A stretch of DNA of 20,000 nt from Candidatus Tectimicrobiota bacterium. GTDB lineage: Bacteria; JACPUC01. Below are positions 1-7,660 of this stretch, piece by piece. The stretch is from NCBI GenBank assembly GCA_016192455.1, contig JACPUC010000006.1:299922-319921 (forward strand), in the 5' to 3' direction. Position numbers and translations under genes: made by a program. The stretch's first letter is position 1, and every line of letters begins with the position of its first letter. The notes below the pieces were generated by a model, which was not told the origin of the DNA, did no database searches, and saw only the letters and a program-made list of their open reading frames with translations.

Positions 1-16
1 CCGGCGACGGCTGAAG

Positions 17-1147
17 CTACTGTAGATTGAAGAGTCGGGTGGGGTTGTCGTAGAGAATTTTCCGCAGCACCGTTTCCGGCAGATGCAGCCCTTTCACCGG
101 CTCCGCGGGGAAGCCATCCATGGAGGCGGTGTAGGCCCGGCGCTCAAGCAAGGCGAGTTCGATGCTCAGCACCTTCCTGAGGTGGTCCGTGGGCGTCGTC
201 TGCGCGATCACCTGGTCGCTTCCCCAGACAATTCTCTCCTGGTAGGTGGTGAAGAACTGCCTGACCTCGGTGGGGTTCCAATGGATGGAGCGGGCGTAGT
301 AGGGGAAGCCCTGCCCCATGCTGACGTCGACGGCAAGGTTCGGATGGCGGTCGAGCATGCCGGCCAGCTCACGCAGCCCTCCGGGGTAGTGGTAGAGATT
401 CCCCAGGTGGGCCAGGATCAGCCGGAGATTGGGGAAAAGGCGCAGTACCTCCTGGAACTCGCGATACAGTCGCGCGCTCCACTTCAGCTCGGCATGGATG
501 ATGACGGGGAGGTTGCGGTCGCTGCTGAAACGGTAGATGTCACGCAGGGGTGGGCTGTCGAGCGGCTCGCGGTAGAAGTACGGATGCCCGGCCATCAGCT
601 TCAGCCCCACGGCGCCTCGTGCCACGCTCTCCTGCAGCGAGGCGAGCGCCCCTGGGTTGTGATGATCGACGGTGGTGAAGGGAATGATGCGCCCTGGGTG
701 GCTGCGGCTTGCCTGCAGAAGCGCCTCCAGGTGGAGCTCGTAACCCTGGTTGTTCGGCGCCTCGCCGGTGGGGAGAAAGACTACCTTGGCGATGTTGAAC
801 TCATCCATCAGCTTGATGTACCGCGCCACGTCCATGCCGGCGCGAACGTGCTCGTGGGCATTGATGATCGGGTAGGGTCGCGCTCCGGCTGTCGCGGCGG
901 ACGAACCCTCGGCGGCCTTCAGCTTGCCGTGCAACTCCTGAGATGCTTGCGAGAGGCTCTCCAGGGCGGTGCGGTAATCACCCAGCTCGTAGGCGCCCAA
1001 AGAGCGCAGCAGCATGTCCCGGAAGCTCGGTTGCGCCGCGCCCTGCCGCGGCAGCCCGAGCAGGAGCAGCGCGCCGACGGCCAGCAGCACGCCAGGCCAT
1101 CGGCTGGCGCCGAGACTTCGACAAGCTGTGCTGTTTTCTTGGCGCAT
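17..1147 (-). CDS. Probably exported amidohydrolase (Amidohydro_2-like TIM barrel) with a short TPR-like helical N-terminal segment
   Basis: Metal-ligand pattern INAHEH, GAVGLKL, PVIIH, LILAHLG, VDVS, RIVWGSD, ending KILYDNP. Hydrophobic signal-like stretch GVLLAVGALLLLGLPRQGAAQ. Start uncertain: ATG 1147 or GTG 1162 are more plausible than 1237. Confidence 0.85.
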   Translation of the reverse strand: MRQENSTACRSLGASRWPGVLLAVGALLLLGLPRQGAAQPSFRDMLLRSLGAYELGDYRTALESLSQASQELHGKLKAAEGSSAATAGARPYPIINAHEHVRAGMDVARYIKLMDEFNIAKVVFLPTGEAPNNQGYELHLEALLQASRSHPGRIIPFTTVDHHNPGALASLQESVARGAVGLKLMAGHPYFYREPLDSPPLRDIYRFSSDRNLPVIIHAELKWSARLYREFQEVLRLFPNLRLILAHLGNLYHYPGGLRELAGMLDRHPNLAVDVSMGQGFPYYARSIHWNPTEVRQFFTTYQERIVWGSDQVIAQTTPTDHLRKVLSIELALLERRAYTASMDGFPAEPVKGLHLPETVLRKILYDNPTRLFNLQ

Positions 1148-1267
1148 AAGCAACCGTTTCACTGCACCACCAGCAGCCGCGCGCGCCTGCGCGGGCGCAC
1201 GCAGTGAAAACCCTGCGCCACGATCGGCGCAGGGCATTCACCGCGCGAAGCTTGGGCCTACGCCACC

Positions 1268-2479
1268 CTATGACGCGGGGGGAGGCGGAAGAGGTACTTC
1301 GCCGCCCGGAAGGGGCGTCCCTGGCGGGAAGCCTTCAGGTCCCGGCACGCCCGGCGGGAAGCCTTCAGGCCCCGGCACGCCCGGCGGGAAGCCTTCAGGC
1401 CCGAACTGACCCGGCTGACCTGGCTGCCCGAATCCTGGCACGCCCGGCTGTCCGAATCCTGGTGTTCCCGGCGGGAAGCCTTCAGGCCCGAACTGACCCG
1501 GCTGCCCCGGCTGCCCGAATCCTTGCGCGCCCGGCTGTCCGAATCCCGGTGTTCCCGGCGGGAAGCCTTCAGGCCCGAACTGACCCGGCTGCCCCGGCTG
1601 CCCCGGCTGCCCGAATCCTGGCGCGCCCGGCTGTCCGAATCCTGGTGTTCCCGGCGGGAAGCCTTCAGGCCCAGGCTGACCGGGTACTCCTGGCACGCCC
1701 GGCGGGAAGCCTTCAGGCCCGAACTGACCCGGCTGACCCGGCTGACCCGGTATCCCCGGTACTCCTGGCGGGAAGCCTTCAGGCCCAGGCTGACCGGGTA
1801 CTCCGGGTATCCCGGGTATCCCGGGACCTCCCGGTCCCTGCGGACCACCTGGACCAAACTGGCCGGGCGGTGGACCGGGCTGTCCGGGAGGCGGACCGAG
1901 GAAGAGATCGAGAGAGATCGGGAATCCGGAAACTTCGTTTCCGTCACCCTTCAGGGCATGGATGCCACCTGTGGGCAGGCCACTGCTGAAATCGATGGTC
2001 ACGAAGACCATCTCTTTCAGGCCGCCATCGTTGCCGTCGATGTCTTTCAGGAAGAAACCAAACTCACCGAGGATGGGCTCGGTAAGGGTTTTGGGGAAGC
2101 CGAGAAGGGTTTGACCGGCATTGTTGAACGCATAGATGACGTTGGGCAGGACGACAATGATCTCGTCGCCGCCGGTGGCGTCGATGTTGTCAATGAACAT
2201 CTTGGGGAAATCGCTGGCCGGCTGTGGGCCTGGTCCCGCTTGGGGTCCCGGTCCAGGCTGTGGGCCTGGTCCCGCTTGGGGTCCCGGTCCAGGCTGCGGA
2301 CCAGGTCCTCCTTGGGGACCCGGTCCCGGCGGCCCCGGCACGAAGCCTTCCGGCGCTGGAGGTCCCGGTGGCAAGCCCTCCTGGGCCATGCTCGGAAGCT
2401 GGCCGAGGAGCAGGGCAACCGCAAAAGCGAGGACCACTACCAGCGGCTTGACGCGTTGTGTGGTTGATCGGCTACGCAT
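1268..2479 (-). CDS. Secreted Pro/Gly/Gln-rich repeat protein with a central FG-GAP/VCBS-like domain
   Basis: GGAGG (2486-2490) precedes ATG 2479. Signal peptide [33 protein letters not shown]. Core has [14 protein letters not shown]...LLGFP and [16 protein letters not shown]...VSGFP. Flanks are GPGPQ(P/A) and [12 protein letters not shown] repeats. Confidence 0.8.
   Translation of the reverse strand: MRSRSTTQRVKPLVVVLAFAVALLLGQLPSMAQEGLPPGPPAPEGFVPGPPGPGPQGGPGPQPGPGPQAGPGPQPGPGPQAGPGPQPASDFPKMFIDNIDATGGDEIIVVLPNVIYAFNNAGQTLLGFPKTLTEPILGEFGFFLKDIDGNDGGLKEMVFVTIDFSSGLPTGGIHALKGDGNEVSGFPISLDLFLGPPPGQPGPPPGQFGPGGPQGPGGPGIPGIPGVPGQPGPEGFPPGVPGIPGQPGQPGQFGPEGFPPGVPGVPGQPGPEGFPPGTPGFGQPGAPGFGQPGQPGQPGQFGPEGFPPGTPGFGQPGAQGFGQPGQPGQFGPEGFPPGTPGFGQPGVPGFGQPGQPGQFGPEGFPPGVPGPEGFPPGVPGPEGFPPGTPLPGGEVPLPPPPAS
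1315..1895 (-). repeat. Coding modular tandem repeat: 8 x GPEGFPPG interleaved with GQP/GQF/GFG/GVP units
   Basis: The 17-mer GGCGGGAAGCCTTCAGG starts at 1323, 1353, 1383, 1470, 1557, 1653, 1701 and 1767. Spacings 30, 30, 87, 87, 96, 48, 66 are all multiples of 3. Confidence 0.95.
2220..2330 (-). repeat. Coding 18-bp (6-aa) tandem repeat GPGPQ(P/A/G) with a 36-bp higher-order unit
   Basis: GGCTGTGGGCCTGGTCCCGCTTGGGGTCCCGGTCCA occurs twice in tandem. Protein reads [36 protein letters not shown]. Confidence 0.9.
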
Positions 2480-2820
2480 GCTGTTCCTCCCTACGGAACG
2501 ATGTTCTGGCCGCACCCCAGGAAAGCAACTTGTCCTGAGCGTGCCTTGTCGGTTTTTCTGACCGCTTCACCTCCTTTCGTTATGTATCAGTGAGTATCAC
2601 AGACGCTTTGCTCTGGCAAACTTGGTCCTGCGGCGGGCCAACCAGTTTCCGCAGCCTTCCTCGATCCTCGCTCGCAGCCCACAGCTCAAATTCGCCATCC
2701 ATTCCCGGCGGCTTACCTCGTCCAGGCAGTGACACACCGGCACACTCCAATAGACGGACCGGTCCACTCCACTCTTGCCGCCGACCTCCAGGTTTCTTCC
2801 TGCCGCGGGGAACGGTGCAC

Positions 2821-2886
2821 CTGAAAAAGGCTGACAATTCCTGTCACCGGATTGACAATTCGCGTCGGGCTTCCTGTCACCTGAAG
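2821..2886. promoter_or_regulatory. Putative transcription-factor binding array of phased (C/T)TG(A/T)CA boxes
   Basis: CTGACA 2831, CTGTCA 2841, TTGACA 2852, CTGTCA 2874. Includes the palindrome TGACA-N5-TGTCA. TGACAATTC and TTCCTGTCACC each occur twice. Confidence 0.5.
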
Positions 2887-3332
2887 GGAAGTGCCCTCCT
2901 TGGAGAGAGCCCTGTGGCTGGCGCGATGAGCGGCCCTCGAGAGGCGTTTTCAAGCTGCTTCGCAGCCCTTGCTCCAGAAGGGGAACCAGCCACACCCCGT
3001 GGGTGTCCCGTCAAAGAGCAAGACTCATGCCGAGAGAGGAGGGATGATGAGGGGTTCGCCGCCGCGGCGATTGGGGCGGCAGACCCCCGCGCGGTCGGAG
3101 GGGGAGGCTGGTGGGCGGCGCGGTGTTGCCGGCCTGCTGCTTGATTTTCTCAAGCCACGCCGTATTGTAGTAATCTGGCGCTGGTGCACCGCGTCTGAGC
3201 ATTGCGGCAGCAGCGACGGGCCCAGAAAGTGAGGCGTGCGGAGTTCCGCCCGGCCCTGGACGCAGGCTCTCCTGCTCTCGGCGTTGGAAACCCCCAGCGA
3301 GGCGATCCCTCTACTCCACTTGAGGATGATGT

Positions 3333-4097
3333 ATGAGTCGCTACACCACGGTTGTGTTGGACCTCTTTGATACGGTCGTCAACTTCGTCGAAGAGAAGAT
3401 GCCGCTCTCAATCATCGCGGGCGAACCGGTGCGCACCACGAGCGGGGAGATCTATCCCCTCTTTGCCGGGCGCTATCCCGGGATCATCAATGATCCCGTC
3501 GGGTTTCACCGCACCTGGGTGGAGGTGTCGAAGGAGGTCTGGGCGGAGCGCGAAGCCCTGCATGTTGAGCAGTCGTCGCATGAGCGCTTCCAGCGCTTCG
3601 CCGAGCGCCTCGGATTGCCCGCCTCCAATGGCCTGGCGGGGCTTATCGACGCCGCCGTGGAACGCCACATGCGGCTGCTGATCAACGCGACGGAGTTCCC
3701 GGCAGGGAACCGCGCCCTGCTCGAGCAGCTCCGCGGGGCCTACCGGCTCGGCCTGCTTTCGAACTTCGACCACACGCCGGCGGTGGACTGGCTGCTGGCG
3801 AACCATGGCCTGGAGGGAATGTTCGAGGCCATCATCGTCTCTGTGGAGTTGCGTATCCGCAAGCCGAAGCGGGAGATTTTCGAGGCGATGCTGGAGAAGT
3901 TAGGCGTGTCGGCGCGGGAGACGCTCTTCGTGGGCGACACCTTCCGCGCCGATGTGGTCGGCGCCAAGGCGGCAGGCATGGACGTCGCCTGGCTCAACGC
4001 CAAGGGACGCGAGCCAGATGATCCAGGCGTGGTGCCGGAGTATACCATCGGCAGCCTGCCGGAGCTGCGCGGCATCCTCTTCGCCCAGCGCCCGTAA
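3333..4097 (+). CDS. HAD-IA family hydrolase (YjjG/YigB-like phosphatase)
   Basis: Motif I LDLFDTV, motif II LLSNFD, motif III RKPKREIF, motif IV FVGDTFRADVVGA. GAGGA precedes the ATG. Confidence 0.9.
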   Translation: MSRYTTVVLDLFDTVVNFVEEKMPLSIIAGEPVRTTSGEIYPLFAGRYPGIINDPVGFHRTWVEVSKEVWAEREALHVEQSSHERFQRFAERLGLPASNGLAGLIDAAVERHMRLLINATEFPAGNRALLEQLRGAYRLGLLSNFDHTPAVDWLLANHGLEGMFEAIIVSVELRIRKPKREIFEAMLEKLGVSARETLFVGDTFRADVVGAKAAGMDVAWLNAKGREPDDPGVVPEYTIGSLPELRGILFAQRP

Positions 4098-4233
4098 GCC
4101 GCCGCCGCGCCTCGCCACGCAGCCCCGTAACCGAGACTCACCGGGGGCCGAAACCGCCACGCTCGCTCCGTAGCCTCGGCGCCGCAGGCTGCGGTGGTCT
4201 CGCTTCGCAGCGGTCGGGAGCTGCGGGGGAAGG

Positions 4234-4488
4234 CTACGATCCCTCCTCCGGGTCCCGAAACTGCTCCCACAGCCGGTCGAAGCGCGACTCGTAGATGAGG
4301 TCGTAGAGGTCCAGCCGGTCGGGGAAGAGTTCGGCGCACAGCTCGCGCGCCTCTTGCCGCTCAATAGCGATGTCCACCGCCGGCATATCAGTGAGGAGGA
4401 TGAGGGTGCAGACGCGCTCGGTCGCCGTCCGCAGTTGTCGAAGTTTCTGCTCCTCGGCGCGCCGCGCGTGCTCGTGGTTGTCGCCCAC
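4234..4488 (-). CDS. Small helical hypothetical protein (84 aa)
   Basis: GGAGG upstream of GTG 4488. Protein-like amphipathic sequence ending ELFPDRLDLYDLIYESRFDRLWEQFR. The extension to 4623 in the ORF track runs through repeat DNA. Confidence 0.7.
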   Translation of the reverse strand: MGDNHEHARRAEEQKLRQLRTATERVCTLILLTDMPAVDIAIERQEARELCAELFPDRLDLYDLIYESRFDRLWEQFRDPEEGS

Positions 4489-4497
4489 ACCCCCTCC

Positions 4498-4697
4498 GTC
4501 AGACAGGCATCCTGCCTGTTGAAGAAGCATCACCGATGCACGCTGATGGACACCGATATCCTGTGAATGCGTGTCCAGCAATAGTTCCCTCGCTCCGCGT
4601 CTTCGCGGTGAATCCTGGTGCACCGCAGAGACGCAGAGACCGCAGAGGCGTAGGACAAGCTTCCAGCCTATCGATCAACCAACCCAGGCATCCTGCC
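4498..4697. repeat. Degenerate intergenic cluster of REP-like palindromic repeats
   Basis: ACAGGCA-TCC-TGCCTGT hairpin 4503-4519. 10-nt-period CAC(C/T)GAT array centred on GATATC 4555-4560. 9-nt-period CGCAGAG inverted array about 4590-4648. GTAGGACAAGCTTCCAGCCTATC 4650-4672. CAGGCATCCTGCC repeated at 4685. Confidence 0.75.
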
Positions 4698-4717
4698 CCC
4701 AGGGGAAGCGGCGCGTT

Positions 4718-5113
4718 CTACTCCCCGCGCGCCGCCACGGCCTCAATCTCCACCAGGAGATCGGGCAGCACCATCTGGGCAACCAGCGTTGAGCGCGCCG
4801 GACGGCTTGCCGGGTTCGGGAAGTAGCGGAAGTAGACCTCGTTCATGGCCGGGTAGTCCTCCACCCTGGCGATGAACACCGTCGTCTTCAGCACGTCCTC
4901 CATGGATGCTCCGGCGGCGGCGAGGATCGCCTTGATGTTCTCGAGCACCTGCTCGGTCTGACGGGTGATATCCCCCTTGCCGACGAGTTGGCCCTGCGGG
5001 TCGAGGGCGACCTGCCCGGCGGTGAAGATGAACGGCCCCGAGCTCGTCGCCTGGGAGTAAGCATTCTTCACGGGCGCCGCCGCCCTGTCCGTGCGGATGA
5101 TCGTCTTCGGCAT
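4718..5113 (-). CDS. ridA: RidA/YjgF/UK114 family enamine/imine deaminase
   Basis: YSQA, IFTAGQVALDP, QVLENIKAIL, MNEVY, PARS with the catalytic Arg, VEIEAVA. AAGGAG RBS. Confidence 0.92.
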   Translation of the reverse strand: MPKTIIRTDRAAAPVKNAYSQATSSGPFIFTAGQVALDPQGQLVGKGDITRQTEQVLENIKAILAAAGASMEDVLKTTVFIARVEDYPAMNEVYFRYFPNPASRPARSTLVAQMVLPDLLVEIEAVAARGE

Positions 5114-5226
5114 ACCGTCTCCTTGGCTAGAGGCGCACCATCCTCCCCGGCGCCGCGCTCCCCGGCATCACCTTTCCAGGAGCCAAGGTTGCTGGAGAAC
5201 CCACCTCGCGCCTCGGCGCTGCCGCG

Positions 5227-6006
5227 CTAGCCAGCGAGGATTTGGCGATAGGCGCTCAGGATGCCTTGCATGGCTTTCCCCGCCGGTTCGCGGAGGAGCA
5301 CCGTCGTGAAGTGGTCGTGCGGTGTGTCGCTGAGGTTGATGATGACGAGCTTGGCGTTGTTCATTGCCGCCTCGACCGGCATCCTGGCGGCGGGATGCAC
5401 GACCAGGCTGGAGCCGATGACGAGGAAGAGATCGCAGGCGCGCGAGCGCTCCAGGGCCTCGCGCGTCTCCTGCTCGGGCATGGCCTGGCCGAAGGAGATG
5501 GTATCGGGCTTCAAGGGACCGGAGCAGAGGTCGCAGTACGGGACCGCCACGCCGCCGCGGATGCGCTCGGAGACCTCCCCGCGGCTGGTGCGGGCGCCGC
5601 ACTCCTGGCAGGAGACCGTGTGCACCGTGCCGTGCAGCTCGATCACCTTCTCCCGGCTGGTGCCGGCCCGCTGGTGCAAGCCGTCGACGTTCTGGGTGAT
5701 GACGCAGTCGAGTTTGCCGAGTCGCTCGATCTCGACAAGGGCGTGGTGCGCCGCGTTCGGCTCGGCCTGCAGGATGGCGCCGAGGAACTCCTCGCTCATG
5801 CGCCAGTACTTGATGCGCGCCTCGTGGCTGGCCAGGAAGTTCTGGTAGAGGAAGTCCTGCGGATCGTAGCGTGACCAGACCCCCCCAGGGCTGCGGAAGT
5901 CGGGAATGCCCGACTCGGTGCTGATGCCAGCGCCGGAGAAGGCGACGACTCGCCGCGCCTGGTCGATAAATGCGGCAACCTTGCGGTACTTCTCGTCGCT
6001 GGTCAT
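5227..6006 (-). CDS. cobB: NAD-dependent protein deacylase, Sir2 family
   Basis: GAGISTESGIPDFRS, ITQNVDGLH, ELHG, Zn ligands CQEC/CDLC, KPDTISFG, IGSSLVVHPAA, IIN. GGAGG RBS. Confidence 0.95.
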   Translation of the reverse strand: MTSDEKYRKVAAFIDQARRVVAFSGAGISTESGIPDFRSPGGVWSRYDPQDFLYQNFLASHEARIKYWRMSEEFLGAILQAEPNAAHHALVEIERLGKLDCVITQNVDGLHQRAGTSREKVIELHGTVHTVSCQECGARTSRGEVSERIRGGVAVPYCDLCSGPLKPDTISFGQAMPEQETREALERSRACDLFLVIGSSLVVHPAARMPVEAAMNNAKLVIINLSDTPHDHFTTVLLREPAGKAMQGILSAYRQILAG

Positions 6007-6165
6007 CGACGTGCCTCCCCACGCTTCAACTCAGCGCACCCCATACGCGGAGCCGCAGCGCAGCGTGGGGGAAGAGGGGGCGCGGGGGAGCGAAGCATCC
6101 GGGCCAGCCTCCTCCCCCTGCCGCTGCAACCCCGGCGCGCGGCGTGCGCTTCCGGCAGGCGGGGC

Positions 6166-7221
6166 TTATTTCGCCACGATGCCGGCGGCCCGCTGCACGA
6201 AGCTCAGGTCGGTGTACTTCTTCGCCTCAATGCGGCCCTTGGCGAATTTCAGCTCGGCGGAGAGGTCGATGTTGCGTTGCAGCGCCTCGATGTTGGGGAT
6301 TGCGTTCGGGCCCCGGTAGTAGTCGAACTCGCCGCCATACCAGGCGAACGCCTCGGCTGGGCGCTTCATGCGCTTCGCCGCCGCCGCCATCACCGCCGGC
6401 TTGTTGGCCGGATTGATGTACCAGTTCCAGGCGCGCACGTAGTCTTCGAAAAAGTCATTGTACGCATCGCGATGTTTCGTCAGCTCCTCGGTGCGTCCTA
6501 CCAGAAAAAGGGTCTGGTAGGGGCCGATCGCATCGCTGGTGTTGAACAGGAAGCGGATGCCGCCGCGGCGCAGGGCAAGCACGGAGAAGGGGGGGACAAA
6601 GGCCGCGCACTGCACCTTGCCCTCCCGCAGCATAGCCTCTTGCGTTGCGAACTCGCCCTGGAGGGTCTGCACATCGCGCACCGTATCCATCCCGGCCTTG
6701 TGGAGCATGGCCCGGAAGACCATATCCGTGGCGGTGCCAAAGGCGAAGATGTTGCAGACCTTGCCCTTCAAATCGCGCACGGTCTTGATGCCGGAGGTTT
6801 CCAGGACCCCATAGCGAATGATGGCGTGGTTCTCGATCCCCTCCTGGCCGAGATCGGCGACCACCTTGATGTCGAGTCGGGCGTTGACCACCCCGTTCGC
6901 CAGACTGACCGGCGCCAGCATGCCGAGATCGATCTCCTTCGCGGCCAGGGCCTGCACCTGGATGGGAGTCTGGTCGATCGGCTTCTCGTTCACGGTGTAG
7001 CTCTTGCCGTAGTGCCGCAGGAGGTCGCGATTGATCGGCTCGTTGTACATCAGCCCAAGGAAGATGAGGGGGACGATGGTGGAGCTCCCCAGCCGGATTT
7101 CCAGCGGAGCCGCGGCGGCTGGAGCCCGCAGCGCGGGTCCGAGCAGCAGGAGGGTAAGAAGCAGGAAGAGAACGAGTCGCTGAACTCTGAAGGTTGCCAC
7201 GCAGGAGCAGAAGGTACGCAT
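6166..7221 (-). CDS. ABC transporter substrate-binding protein, NitT/TauT (SsuA/NMT1-like) family
   Basis: AAGGAG precedes ATG 7221. Signal peptide ending APAAAA. Family-like motifs QALAAKEIDLG, GIKTVRDLKGK, AMLREGKVQCAAFVPPF, YTDLSFV. Confidence 0.88.
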   Translation of the reverse strand: MRTFCSCVATFRVQRLVLFLLLTLLLLGPALRAPAAAAPLEIRLGSSTIVPLIFLGLMYNEPINRDLLRHYGKSYTVNEKPIDQTPIQVQALAAKEIDLGMLAPVSLANGVVNARLDIKVVADLGQEGIENHAIIRYGVLETSGIKTVRDLKGKVCNIFAFGTATDMVFRAMLHKAGMDTVRDVQTLQGEFATQEAMLREGKVQCAAFVPPFSVLALRRGGIRFLFNTSDAIGPYQTLFLVGRTEELTKHRDAYNDFFEDYVRAWNWYINPANKPAVMAAAAKRMKRPAEAFAWYGGEFDYYRGPNAIPNIEALQRNIDLSAELKFAKGRIEAKKYTDLSFVQRAAGIVAK

Positions 7222-7319
7222 CGGAGTCTCCTTCCGGCGCAGACCCCACTGCGAAATGGGATCTGACCGGTGCACCTCAGGGTGATGACAACGTGACAGG
7301 AGGTTGGTTATTGGCTCCC

Positions 7320-7348
7320 ACTCTATGGAGCTGCCTATGGATTGTCAA
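7320..7348 (-). promoter_or_regulatory. Sigma70-type promoter for the substrate-binding protein gene
   Basis: Minus strand reads TTGACA (7348-7343), 17-nt spacer, TAGAGT (7325-7320), about 100 bp upstream of the start. Confidence 0.7.
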
Positions 7349-7482
7349 TTCGCGGCGCGGCGCCAGAAGCGCCTGCCGAGCGCCTCTCTTCAGGATTTCC
7401 CCAGGTTTCTGGGTTTCTCCGGCCCGCAAGGAGGGTTGCCCTCCGCCTTTGATGAGGTCCTTGGACAGCCGCGGCACCCTGC

Positions 7483-7514
7483 TTGCGGGGCAACCTGACG
7501 ATCTGCTATAAGGT
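7483..7514 (+). promoter_or_regulatory. Possible extended -10 promoter for the DUF6282-like gene
   Basis: TTGCGG (7483) followed by TGCTATAAGGT (7504-7514), divergent from the 7320-7348 promoter. Confidence 0.35.
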
Positions 7515-7660
7515 GAAGCATTTGCCGCGGCGCCACACGGCGAGGTCCGGGACTGCCGCACGGCCCCGCGCAAGGGGCGACGCCGGGCCGCAGGCGCAGC
7601 GGGCAGAGGGGTAGTTCAGGGAATGGTTGCTGATACTTGCCCACGTAGAAGGATCGTACG

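Noticed and set aside
1315..1800. CRISPR-like array of identical 17-mers
   Set aside because: Spacings are irregular and all multiples of 3, the intervening sequences are themselves repetitive, the array lies in a coding frame, and there are no cas genes.
1268..1895. Multi-core RiPP precursor or true collagen
   Set aside because: No recognisable RiPP maturase or protease-site pattern nearby, and the G-X-Y register is repeatedly interrupted.
1204..1989. Alternative-frame ORFs over the repeat (1204..1989 +, 1258..1947 -)
   Set aside because: They are shadows of the stop-free repeat. The 1268-2479 frame has the RBS, signal peptide and globular core.
2567..2578. 16S rRNA 3' end
   Set aside because: Only 12 nt match and the flanks are not rRNA-like.
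2580..3330. Riboswitch, ncRNA or short ORFs in the long intergenic region
   Set aside because: No known aptamer consensus recognised by eye, and the ORFs lack protein-like composition. An Rfam scan is needed to exclude an RNA fully.
5227..6006. Anti-phage Sir2 (Thoeris/DSR) or Sir2-SLOG defence system
   Set aside because: This is a canonical Zn-binding stand-alone deacylase. The LOG-family gene is over 10 kb away in a housekeeping context.
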